64,000 nt of DNA from the human T2T-CHM13v2.0 reference genome, Homo sapiens. Made by a program: the position numbers and the translations under genes. Location of the stretch: NCBI RefSeq assembly GCF_009914755.1, contig NC_060925.1, one strand, 5' to 3'. Positions 1 through 12,600 of the stretch are shown here, in pieces (within the stretch, counting starts at the first letter, position 1; the number at the start of each line of letters is the position of its first letter). The notes beneath the pieces are model-generated. The model ran no database searches. It saw nothing but the letters and a program-made list of their open reading frames with translations, and was not told the origin of the DNA.

Positions 1-109
1 GTGGTTAAAAAACTAAAAGGATAGATCCATTAATGAGGTAACAAATTATTGCCTTCATGTTGGGACAGAACAGGGCCAAATGGAAAAGAATGAAAGAGAA
101 AGACAGATA

Positions 110-110
<1 letters not shown>

Positions 111-166
<56 letters not shown>
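111..166. repeat. (AC)n(AG)n compound microsatellite, one per unit in the HLS3 intron
   Basis: Copies start at 111, 4830, 9552, 14276, 18990, 23725, 28458, 33176, 37898, 42620. Manual counts: AC 20,20,20,17,23,22,21,16,16,23; AG 8,9,10,8,9,9,6,7,7,6. Confidence 0.95.
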
Positions 167-167
<1 letters not shown>

Positions 168-555
168 ACGAGCTCAGTGAATTGTCCAGGTGACACACTG
201 ATGAGGGAGTAACAGGACACTCTGAGTTAGTGCCCTCAGGACACACAGCATACAGGGATCATGAAAAGACTGTGCTCAATAATTTTCCATAAAATGTGCT
301 CAAGTTTCCATGCAGTCGCCATGAGAATACAGTTTTTGAAGTCTGGTCCACCTACAGTAGGTTAGTAAATGATAAGGGGAGGAAGAAATGGAAACCTAAA
401 TATCTACTGCAATGAAAACCAACAGCAATGTTAGTAGGAATAATTCAGGCTTGGTTGAAAAGATGTAATCGATAATGTCAGCCCGCACTGTTTTCCCTGA
501 ACCAGGAGTCTCCAGATGTCAACACAGAAGTAGCTGTTCACAATTGCTCAGTTAC

Positions 556-3500
556 CTGGGGCATGGTGGGCCTTGGTCTTCTTCCTCTTCTTGGTCCTTT
601 TTAATTCCTGCAATACATTCAGACAGGGACAGACAAAATAAGCCAATTCACCTACACCCATAACAGTCCACTGTCTAATCCCCACACAGGGATCTCAGGC
701 TCCTCAGCATGAGAACAGGACAATGTGAGAGATATACTTCAGGAGGCCTGAAAGCTGGTCATGATATTCTTTGGTTTACATCTCAGAACCAAGGGTGAAA
801 TATCCCCATTCTGGTACATCGTTATCCCAAAATCATTTATCCCAAGTTTGTGCAAACAGTTATGCTTTATTGTTCCCATCAGTTCAAAGAAAATGCCCCA
901 GATGATTTCCAGGAGGAAAACTAAAGTATTCAGCCCTGTCTCATCAAATGCCCAGCTCGTTCATGGATGCAAGAATTTTAGACACTGAAATTAGAATGAA
1001 GGAGGAAATCTACAAACCTTCAGTCCAAATCATACTTCTGTGAATTTTTTACATCTGCCTGGGTCCAATGTGCTGAGAGCGGGCTCAGGTTGCCACAGGC
1101 ATGGCTGGAGACTAGGAATAGAGCCTTGCTCACTGACCCATTTCATGTCTAGGCTTCCAACTGAGACTACAGTTTCATTACAACCTATATGCGCCCATAG
1201 GTCCTGCCTGCGGCAATGACGTCTCTCGGGTCAGTAAGGGGCACTTGGAATAGGAATATCACCCCTATCTGGAAGACCAGGTGGAGGCTTATCACCTTCA
1301 CAGTAAGGTACTCACTGTCCACGTCAAGAGCCAAGCCAAGGTACTGTTCCTCCAATGAGTAAACAGCACTGCTGTAGGGCTGGCCTAAGTCAGGCAGTTC
1401 AAGATAACCTGAAGGAGTCGAATAACATCTATCCAGTGAGTCCTGCAAGACTTCAGGCTCTTTCTCATCCAGCAGCTCCCTGCTGAGCCTGGAAAAGTAG
1501 GAAAAAGTAAAGAATAAGTCAGGGGGAATCAGAAACCACACAGCCCCAGCTAGATTTCATGGCTAACATAAGGAACTGTTTAAAAAGAAAAAGGACAGAT
1601 CCATTAATGAGGTAATGAATTATTGCCTTTATGTTGGGATAGACCAGGGCCAGGTAGAAAAGAATGAAAGAGAAAGACAGGGAGAGGGAGAGAGAGAGAG
1701 AGGAGAAAGTGAGCTCAGCGAATTGGCCGGGTGACACACTGATGAAGGGGTCAAAGGACACTCTGAGTTAGTGCCCTCGGGACACACAGCGAACAGTGAT
1801 CATGAAAAGAGTGGGCTCAATAATTTTCCATAAACTTGCTCAAGATTCCATGCAGTTGCCATACAGCCTTTGACGTATGGTCAACCTATAGTAAGTGAGT
1901 AAATGATAAGGGGAGGAAGAAATGGAAACCTAAACATCTACTGCAATGAAAACCAACAGCAATGTCAGTAGGAGTAATTCAACCTTCGTTGAAAACATGA
2001 AATTGAACACACTCTTGTTTTCCCTGGACCTGGCATCTCCAGGTGTCAACACAGAATTAAGCATCCATAATTGCTCAAAGTTACCTGGGGCATGATGGGT
2101 CTTGGTCTTCTTCCACTTCTTGGTACTTTTCAATTTCTGCAATAAGTTCAGACATGGACAGACATATTAAGCTGGTTCTCCTACACACATAACAATCCAC
2201 TGTCTAATCCTCACACAGGGACTTCAGGCTCCTCAGCATGAGAATAGGACACTGTGAGAGATAGTCTTCAGGAGGCCTGAAGGCTGATCACCATAGAGAT
2301 TCCTTGGTTTTTGTCCCAGAAACTGTGGGTAAAATTCCCTATTCTGGTAGATCGTTATCCCAATATCATTTGTCCCAAGTTTGTGCAAATGGTTATGCCA
2401 TATTTTTCCAATCGATTTAAAGCAAATGCCCCCAAATGGCTGCTAGGAGAAAAACTGCACTATTCAGCCCTGTCTCATCAAATACTCAGATTGTTCATGG
2501 TAGTGAGGATTTTAGACGCTGAAATTAGAGTGAAGGATGAAATCTCCAAGATCTACAAAATTGAGACAAAATCAGAGTTGTGTGAATTTGTCACATCTGC
2601 CCAGATCCAACATCTTGAGAGTAGGATTAGGGCGCCACGGGCATGGCCTGAGACTAGGAAGAGAGCCTTGCTCACTGACCCATCCCTTGTCTGGGCTTCC
2701 AAGTGGAACTAGAGTTTCACTCAACCTACATGTGCCTATAGTTCCTCCCTGTGGCAATGACATCTCTCAGCTCAGTAAGGGCCACTTGCAGTAGGAATAT
2801 GACCCTAACCAGAAGACTCAGTGGATCCTTATCACCTTCATAGAAAGGTACTCACCATCCATGTCAACAGCCAAGCCAACATGCTGTTGCTCCAATACAT
2901 AAAAGGCACTTCTGTAGGGCTGGCATGAGTCAGTCAGTTCAAGACAACCTGAAGGAGTTGAATAACATCTATCCAGTGAGTCCTGCAAGACTTCAGGCCC
3001 TTTCTCATCCAGCAGCTCCCTGCTGAGCCTGGAAAAGTGGGAAAAAGTAAAGAATAAGCCAGGGGGAATCAGAAACCACACAGCCCCAGCTAGATTTCAT
3101 GGCTAACGTAAGGAAGAGTTTGAAAAGAAAAAGGACAGATCCATTAATGAGGTAACAAATTATTGCCTTTATGTTGGGACAGAACAGGGCCAGGTAGAAA
3201 ACAATGAAAGAGAAAGACAGACAGAGACAGAGACAGAGACAGAGACAGAGAGAAAGTGACCTAGTGAATTGGCCAGGTGACATACTGGTAAGGGAGTCAA
3301 AGGACACTCTGAGTTAGTGCCCTCATGACACACAGCAAACTGTGATCATGAAAAGAGTGAGCTCAATAGTTTTCCATAAAATACGCTCAAAATTCGATGC
3401 AGTGGCCATGAGAGTACAGCTTTTGAAGTATGGTCAACCTATGGTACGTTAGGAAATGATAAGGGGAGGAAGAAATGGAAACCTAAACATCTACTGCAAT

Positions 3501-3745
3501 GAAAACCAACAGCAATGACAGTAGGAGTAATTCAGCCTTCGCTGAAAACATGTCATCAAACACACTCTGGTTTCCCTGAATCTGTTGCCTCCAGGTGTTA
3601 ACACAGAATTAAGCATCCACAATTGCTGAAAGTCACCTGGGGCATGGTGGGTTTTGATCTTCTTCCCCTTCTTTTCTTCCCCTTCTTCTTTCCTTCTTTG
3701 ATCTTCTTCCCCTTCTTTTCTTCCCCTTCCCCTTCTTTTCAATTT
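556..3745 (-). CDS. Olduvai triplet T10 (partial; HLS3 large exon lies off the left edge)
   Basis: Exons 3637-3745, 2856-3028, 2085-2136, 1316-1488, 556-607. Confidence 0.92.
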
Positions 3746-4828
3746 CTGCAATAAATTCAGACATGGACAGACACATTAAGCTGATTCCCCTACACACATA
3801 ACAATCCACTGTCTAATCCTCACACAGGGACCTCAGGCTCCTCAGCATAAGAATAGGACACTGTGAGAGATATATTTCAGGAGGCCTGAAGGCTGGTCAT
3901 GATAGAAATTCCTCGGTTTTTCTCCCAGAAACTGTGGGTAAAATGTCCCTATTCTAGTAGATCGTTATCCCAATATCATTTGTCCCAAGTTTGTGCAAAC
4001 AGTTACGCCATATTTTTCCAATCAACTTAAAGCAAATACCCTCAAATGATTTCTAGGAGAAAAACTGCAATATTTAGCCCTGTCTCATCAAATACTCAGA
4101 TTGTTCATGGTTGTGAGGACTTTAGACACTGAAATTAGAGTGAAAAAGGAAATCTACAAACCCTTGAGTCAAAATCATAGTTCTCTGAATTTGTCACATC
4201 TGCCCAGGTCCAATGTCATGAGAATAGGATCAGGGCGCCACAGGTATGGCCTGAGACTAGGAAGAGAGTCTTGCTCACTGACCCATCCCTTGTCTGGGCT
4301 TCCAGGTAGAACTAGAGTTTCATTCAACCTACATGTGCCTATAGGTCCTCCCTGTGGCAATGACATCTCTCAGCTCAGTAATGGCCACTTGGAGCAGGAA
4401 TATGATCTTTATATGGAAGACTCAGTGGATCCTTATCACCTTCATAGAAAGGTACTCACCTCCCACGTCAAGAGAAAAGCCAACATGTTTTTCCTCCAAC
4501 GCATAAAAGGAACTTCCATAGGGCTGGCAGGAGTCAGGCTGTTCAAGACAACTGGAAGGAGTTGAATAACATCTATCCAGTGAGTCCTGCAAGACTTCAG
4601 GCTCTACTACCTCCAGCAGCTCCCTGCTGAGCCTGGAAAAGGAGGAAAAAGTAAAGAATAAGCCAGGGGAAATCAGACACAACAGAGCCCCAACTAGGTT
4701 TCATGGGTAGCATAGGGAAGTGGTTAAAAAACTAAAAGGATAGATCCATTAATGAGGTAACAAATTATTGCCTTCATGTTGGGACAGAACAGGGCCAAAT
4801 GGAAAAGAATGAAAGAGAAAGACAGATA

Positions 4829-4888
<60 letters not shown>

Positions 4889-7800
4889 ACGAGCTCAGTG
4901 AATTGTCCAGGTGACACACTGATGAGGGAGTAACAGGACACTCTGAGTTAGTGCCCTCAGGACACACAGCATACAGGGATCATGAAAAGACTGTGCTCAA
5001 TAATTTTCCATAAAATGTGCTCAAGTTTCCATGCAGTCGCCATGAGAATACAGTTTTTGAAGTCTGGTCCACCTACAGTAGGTTAGTAAATGATAAGGGG
5101 AGGAAGAAATGGAAACCTAAATATCTACTGCAATGAAAACCAACAGCAATGTTAGTAGGAATAATTCAGGCTTGGTTGAAAAGATGTAATCGATAATGTC
5201 AGCCCGCACTGTTTTCCCTGAACCAGGAGTCTCCAGATGTCAACACAGAAGTAGCTGTTCACAATTGCTCAGTTACCTGGGGCATGGTGGGCCTTGGTCT
5301 TCTTCCTCTTCTTGGTCCTTTTTAATTCCTGCAATACATTCAGACAGGGACAGACAAAATAAGCCAATTCACCTACACCCATAACAGTCCACTGTCTAAT
5401 CCCCACACAGGGATCTCAGGCTCCTCAGCATGAGAACAGGACAATGTGAGAGATATACTTCAGGAGGCCTGAAAGCTGGTCATGATATTCTTTGGTTTAC
5501 ATCTCAGAACCAAGGGTGAAATATCCCCATTCTGGTACATCGTTATCCCAAAATCATTTATCCCAAGTTTGTGCAAACAGTTATGCTTTATTGTTCCCAT
5601 CAGTTCAAAGAAAATGCCCCAGATGATTTCCAGGAGGAAAACTAAAGTATTCAGCCCTGTCTCATCAAATGCCCAGCTCGTTCATGGATGCAAGAATTTT
5701 AGACACTGAAATTAGAATGAAGGAGGAAATCTACAAACCCTTCAGTCCAAATCATACTTCTGTGAATTTTTTACATCTGCCTGGGTCCAATGTGCTGAGA
5801 GCGGGCTCAGGTTGCCACAGGCATGGCTGGAGACTAGGAATAGAGCCTTGCTCACTGACCCATTTCATGTCTAGGCTTCCAACTGAGACTACAGTTTCAT
5901 TACAACCTATATGCGCCCATAGGTCCTGCCTGCGGCAATGACGTCTCTTGGGTCAGTAAGGGGCACTTGGAACAGGAATATCACCCCTATCTGGAAGACC
6001 AGGTGGAGGCTTATCACCTTCACAGTAAGGTACTCACTGTCCACGTCAAGAGCCAAGCCAAGGTACTGTTCCTCCAATGAGTAAACAGCACTGCTGTAGG
6101 GCTGGCCTAAGTCAGGCAGTTCAAGATAACCTGAAGGAGTCGAATAACATCTATCCAGTGAGTCCTGCAAGACTTCAGGCTCTTTCTCATCCAGCAGCTC
6201 CCTGCTGAGCCTGGAAAAGTAGGAAAAAGTAAAGAATAAGTCAGGGGGAATCAGAAACCACACAGCCCCAGCTAGATTTCATGGCTAACATAAGGAACTG
6301 TTTAAAAAGAAAAAGGACAGATCCATTAATGAGGTAATGAATTATTGCCTTTATGTTGGGATAGACCAGGGCCAGGTAGAAAAGAATGAAAGAGAAAGAC
6401 AGGGAGAGGGAGAGAGAGAGAGAGGAGAAAGTGAGCTCAGCGAATTGGCCGGGTGACACACTGATGAAGGGGTCAAAGGACACTCTGAGTTAGTGCCCTC
6501 GGGACACACAGCGAACAGTGATCATGAAAAGAGTGGGCTCAATAATTTTCCATAACCTTGCTCAAGATTCCATGCAGTTGCCATACAGCCTTTGAGGTAT
6601 GGTCAACCTATAGTAAGTGAGTAAATGATAAGGGGAGGAAGAAATGGAAACCTAAACATCTACTGCAATGAAAACCAACAGCAATGTCAGTAGGAGTAAT
6701 TCAACCTTCGTTGAAAACATGAAATTGAACACACTCTTGTTTTCCCTGGACCTGGCATCTCCAGGTGTCAACACAGAATTAAGCATCCATAATTGCTCAA
6801 AGTTACCTGGGGCATGATGGGTCTTGGTCTTCTTCCACTTCTTGGTACTTTTCAATTTCTGCAATAAGTTCAGACATGGACAGACATATTAAGCTGGTTC
6901 TCCTACACACATAACAATCCACTGTCTAATCCTCACACAGGGACTTCAGGCTCCTCAGCATGAGAATAGGACACTGTGAGAGATAGTCTTCAGGAGGCCT
7001 GAAGGCTGATCACCATAGAGATTCCTTGGTTTTTGTCCCAGAAACTGTGGGTAAAATTCCCTATTCTGGTAGATCGTTATCCCAATATCATTTGTCCCAA
7101 GTTTGTGCAAATGGTTATGCCATATTTTTCCAATCGATTTAAAGCAAATGCCCCCAAATGGCTGCTAGGAGAAAAACTGCACTATTCAGCCCTGTCTCAT
7201 CAAATACTCAGATTGTTCATGGTAGTGAGGATTTTAGACGCTGAAATTAGAGTGAAGGATGAAATCGACAAGATCTACAAAATTGAGACAAAATCAGAGT
7301 TGTGTGAATTTGTCACATCTGCCCAGATCCAACATCTTGAGAGTAGGATTAGGGCGCCACGGGCATGGCCTGAGACTAGGAAGAGAGCCTTGCTCACTGA
7401 CCCATCCCTTGTCTGGGCTTCCAAGTGGAACTAGAGTTTCACTCAACCTACATGTGCCTATAGTTCCTCCCTGTGGCAATGACATCTCTCAGCTCAGTAA
7501 GGGCCACTTGCAGTAGGAATATGACCCTAACCAGAAGACTCAGTGGATCCTTATCACCTTCATAGAAAGGTACTCACCATCCATGTCAACAGCCAAGCCA
7601 ACATGCTGTTGCTCCAATACATAAAAGGCACTTCTGTAGGGCTGGCATGAGTCAGTCAGTTCAAGACAACCTGAAGGAGTTGAATAACATCTATCCAGTG
7701 AGTCCTGCAAGACTTCAGGCCCTTTCTCATCCAGCAGCTCCCTGCTGAGCCTGGAAAAGTGGGAAAAAGTAAAGAATAAGCCAGGGGGAATCAGAAACCA

Positions 7801-9550
7801 CACAGCCCCAGCTAGATTTCATGGCTAACGTAAGGAAGAGTTTGAAAAGAAAAAGGACAGATCCATTAATGAGGTAACAAATTATTGCCTTTATGTTGGG
7901 ACAGAACAGGGCCAGGTAGAAAACAATGAAAGAGAAAGACAGACAGAGACAGAGACAGAGACAGAGACAGAGAGAAAGTGACCTAGTGAATTGGCCAGGT
8001 GACATACTGGTAAGGGAGTCAAAGGACACTCTGACTTAGTGCCCTCATGACACACAGCAAACTGTGATCATGAAAAGAGTGAGCTCAATAGTTTTCCATA
8101 AAATATGCTCAAAATTCGATGCAGTGGCCATGAGAGTACAGCTTTTGAAGTATGGTCAACCTGTGGTACGTTAGGAAATGATAAGGGGAGGAAGAAATGG
8201 AAACCTAAACATCTACTGCAATGAAAACCAACAGCAATGACAGTAGGAGTAATTCAGCCTTCGCTGAAAACATGTCATCAAACACACTCTGGTTTCCCTG
8301 AATCTGTTGCCTCCAGGTGTTAACACAGAATTAAGCATCCACAATTGCTGAAAGTCACCTGGGGCATGGTGGGTTTTGATCTTCTTCCCCTTCTTTTCTT
8401 CCCCTTCTTCTTTCCTTCTTTGATCTTCTTCCCCTTCTTTTCTTCCCCTTCCCCTTCTTTTCAATTTCTGCAATAAATTCAGACATGGACAGACACATTA
8501 AGCTGATTCCCCTACACACATAACAATCCACTGTCTAATCCTCACACAGGGACCTCAGGCTCCTCAGCATAAGAATAGGACACTGTGAGAGATATATTTC
8601 AGGAGGCCTGAAGGCTGGTCATGATAGAAATTCCTCGGTTTTTCTCCCAGAAACTGTGGGTAAAATGTCCCTATTCTAGTAGATCGTTATCCCAATATCA
8701 TTTGTCCCAAGTTTGTGCAAACAGTTACGCCATATTTTTCCAATCAACTTAAAGCAAATACCCTCAAATGATTTCTAGGAGAAAAACTGCAATATTTAGC
8801 CCTGTCTCATCAAATACTCAGATTGTTCATGGTTGTGAGGACTTTAGACACTGAAATTAGAGTGAAAAAGGAAATCTACAAACCCTTGAGTCAAAATCAT
8901 AGTTCTCTGAATTTGTCACATCTGCCCAGGTCCAATGTCATGAGAATAGGATCAGGGCGCCACAGGTATGGCCTGAGACTAGGAAGAGAGTCTTGCTCAC
9001 TGACCCATCCCTTGTCTGGGCTTCCAGGTAGAACTAGAGTTTCATTCAACCTACATGTGCCTATAGGTCCTCCCTGTGGCAATGACATCTCTCAGCTCAG
9101 TAATGGCCACTTGGAGCAGGAATATGATCTTTATATGGAAGACTCAGTGGATCCTTATCACCTTCATAGAAAGGTACTCACCTCCCACGTCAAGAGAAAA
9201 GCCAACATGTTTTTCCTCCAACGCATAAAAGGAACTTCCATAGGGCTGGCAGGAGTCAGGCTGTTCAAGACAACTGGAAGGAGTTGAATAACATCTATCC
9301 AGTGAGTCCTGCAAGACTTCAGGCTCTACTACCTCCAGCAGCTCCCTGCTGAGCCTGGAAAAGGAGGAAAAAGTAAAGAATAAGCCAGGGGAAATCAGAC
9401 ACAACAGAGCCCCAACTAGGTTTCATGGGTAGCATAGGGAAGTGGTTAAAAAACTAAAAGGATAGATCCATTAATGAGGTAACAAATTATTGCCTTCATG
9501 TTGGGACAGAACAGGGCCAAATGGAAAAGAATGAAAGAGAAAGACAGATA

Positions 9551-9612
<62 letters not shown>

Positions 9613-12600
9613 ACGAGCTCAGTGAATTGTCCAGGTGACACACTGATGAGGGAGTAACAGGACACTCTGAGTTAGTGCCCTCAGGACACACAGCATACAG
9701 GGATCATGAAAAGACTGTGCTCAATAATTTTCCATAAAATGTGCTCAAGTTTCCATGCAGTCGCCATGAGAATACAGTTTTTGAAGTCTGGTCCACCTAC
9801 AGTAGGTTAGTAAATGATAAGGGGAGGAAGAAATGGAAACCTAAATATCTACTGCAATGAAAACCAACAGCAATGTTAGTAGGAATAATTCAGGCTTGGT
9901 TGAAAAGATGTAATCGATAATGTCAGCCCGCACTGTTTTCCCTGAACCAGGAGTCTCCAGATGTCAACACAGAAGTAGCTGTTCACAATTGCTCAGTTAC
10001 CTGGGGCATGGTGGGCCTTGGTCTTCTTCCTCTTCTTGGTCCTTTTTAATTCCTGCAATACATTCAGACAGGGACAGACAAAATAAGCCAATTCACCTAC
10101 ACCCATAACAGTCCACTGTCTAATCCCCACACAGGGATCTCAGGCTCCTCAGCATGAGAACAGGACAATGTGAGAGATATACTTCAGGAGGCCTGAAAGC
10201 TGGTCATGATATTCTTTGGTTTACATCTCAGAACCAAGGGTGAAATATCCCCATTCTGGTACATCGTTATCCCAAAATCATTTATCCCAAGTTTGTGCAA
10301 ACAGTTATGCTTTATTGTTCCCATCAGTTCAAAGAAAATGCCCCAGATGATTTCCAGGAGGAAAACTAAAGTATTCAGCCCTGTCTCATCAAATGCCCAG
10401 CTCGTTCATGGATGCAAGAATTTTAGACACTGAAATTAGAATGAAGGAGGAAATCTACAAACCCTTCAGTCCAAATCATACTTCTGTGAATTTTTTACAT
10501 CTGCCTGGGTCCAATGTGCTGAGAGCGGGCTCAGGTTGCCACAGGCATGGCTGGAGACTAGGAATAGAGCCTTGCTCACTGACCCATTTCATGTCTAGGC
10601 TTCCAACTGAGACTACAGTTTCATTACAACCTATATGCGCCCATAGGTCCTGCCTGCGGCAATGACGTCTCTTGGGTCAGTAAGGGGCACTTGGAACAGG
10701 AATATCACCCCTATCTGGAAGACCAGGTGGAGGCTTATCACCTTCACAGTAAGGTACTCACTGTCCACGTCAAGAGCCAAGCCAAGGTACTGTTCCTCCA
10801 ATGAGTAAACAGCACTGCTGTAGGGCTGGCCTAAGTCAGGCAGTTCAAGATAACCTGAAGGAGTCGAATAACATCTATCCAGTGAGTCCTGCAAGACTTC
10901 AGGCTCTTTCTCATCCAGCAGCTCCCTGCTGAGCCTGGAAAAGTAGGAAAAAGTAAAGAATAAGTCAGGGGGAATCAGAAACCACACAGCCCCAGCTAGA
11001 TTTCATGGCTAACATAAGGAACTGTTTAAAAAGAAAAAGGACAGATCCATTAATGAGGTAATGAATTATTGCCTTTATGTTGGGATAGACCAGGGCCAGG
11101 TAGAAAAGAATGAAAGAGAAAGACAGGGAGAGGGAGAGAGAGAGAGAGGAGAAAGTGAGCTCAGCGAATTGGCCGGGTGACACACTGATGAAGGGGTCAA
11201 AGGACACTCTGAGTTAGTGCCCTCGGGACACACAGCGAACAGTGATCATGAAAAGAGTGGGCTCAATAATTTTCCATAACCTTGCTCAAGATTCCATGCA
11301 GTTGCCATACAGCCTTTGAGGTATGGTCAACCTATAGTAAGTGAGTAAATGATAAGGGGAGGAAGAAATGGAAACCTAAACATCTACTGCAATGAAAACC
11401 AACAGCAATGTCAGTAGGAGTAATTCAACCTTCGTTGAAAACATGAAATTGAACACACTCTTGTTTTCCCTGGACCTGGCATCTCCAGGTGTCAACACAG
11501 AATTAAGCATCCATAATTGCTCAAAGTTACCTGGGGCATGATGGGTCTTGGTCTTCTTCCACTTCTTGGTACTTTTCAATTTCTGCAATAAGTTCAGACA
11601 TGGACAGACATATTAAGCTGGTTCTCCTACACACATAACAATCCACTGTCTAATCCTCACACAGGGACTTCAGGCTCCTCAGCATGAGAATAGGACACTG
11701 TGAGAGATAGTCTTCAGGAGGCCTGAAGGCTGATCACCATAGAGATTCCTTGGTTTTTGTCCCAGAAACTGTGGGTAAAATTCCCTATTCTGGTAGATCG
11801 TTATCCCAATATCATTTGTCCCAAGTTTGTGCAAATGGTTATGCCATATTTTTCCAATCGATTTAAAGCAAATGCCCCCAAATGGCTGCTAGGAGAAAAA
11901 CTGCACTATTCAGCCCTGTCTCATCAAATACTCAGATTGTTCATGGTAGTGAGGATTTTAGACGCTGAAATTAGAGTGAAGGATGAAATCGACAAGATCT
12001 ACAAAATTGAGACAAAATCAGAGTTGTGTGAATTTGTCACATCTGCCCAGATCCAACATCTTGAGAGTAGGATTAGGGCGCCACGGGCATGGCCTGAGAC
12101 TAGGAAGAGAGCCTTGCTCACTGACCCATCCCTTGTCTGGGCTTCCAAGTGGAACTAGAGTTTCACTCAACCTACATGTGCCTATAGTTCCTCCCTGTGG
12201 CAATGACATCTCTCAGCTCAGTAAGGGCCACTTGCAGTAGGAATATGACCCTAACCAGAAGACTCAGTGGATCCTTATCACCTTCATAGAAAGGTACTCA
12301 CCATCCATGTCAACAGCCAAGCCAACATGCTGTTGCTCCAATACATAAAAGGCACTTCTGTAGGGCTGGCATGAGTCAGTCAGTTCAAGACAACCTGAAG
12401 GAGTTGAATAACATCTATCCAGTGAGTCCTGCAAGACTTCAGGCCCTTTCTCATCCAGCAGCTCCCTGCTGAGCCTGGAAAAGTGGGAAAAAGTAAAGAA
12501 TAAGCCAGGGGGAATCAGAAACCACACAGCCCCAGCTAGATTTCATGGCTAACGTAAGGAAGAGTTTGAAAAGAAAAAGGACAGATCCATTAATGAGGTA

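Noticed and set aside
5-246. CVCVCV / SLSLSL / CLCLCL ORFs as cysteine-rich peptides
   Set aside because: Translations of intronic microsatellites; the frame changes from unit to unit
1010-1025. Single-base deletion (aaacctt vs aaaccctt) private to the leftmost unit
   Set aside because: Intronic homopolymer change, possibly a sequencing error, with no predicted effect
1185-1541. 118-, 87- and 86-aa minus-strand ORFs as standalone genes
   Set aside because: Each is a 173-nt Olduvai exon plus read-through into flanking intron
3491-3751. [10 protein letters not shown]... and [10 protein letters not shown]... ORFs
   Set aside because: Wrong-frame readings across the small exons; splice phase gives EIEKKGKG... 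and EIEKYQEV...
4101-4565. Recurrent 154-aa plus-strand ORF (and the 133, 90, 85, 75, 62-aa ORFs) as antisense genes
   Set aside because: They recur only because the DNA is duplicated; several start at non-ATG codons, none resembles a known domain, and some are broken in individual units (e.g. the 90-aa ORF by a 1-bp deletion near 1017, the 133-aa ORF by a stop at 45085)
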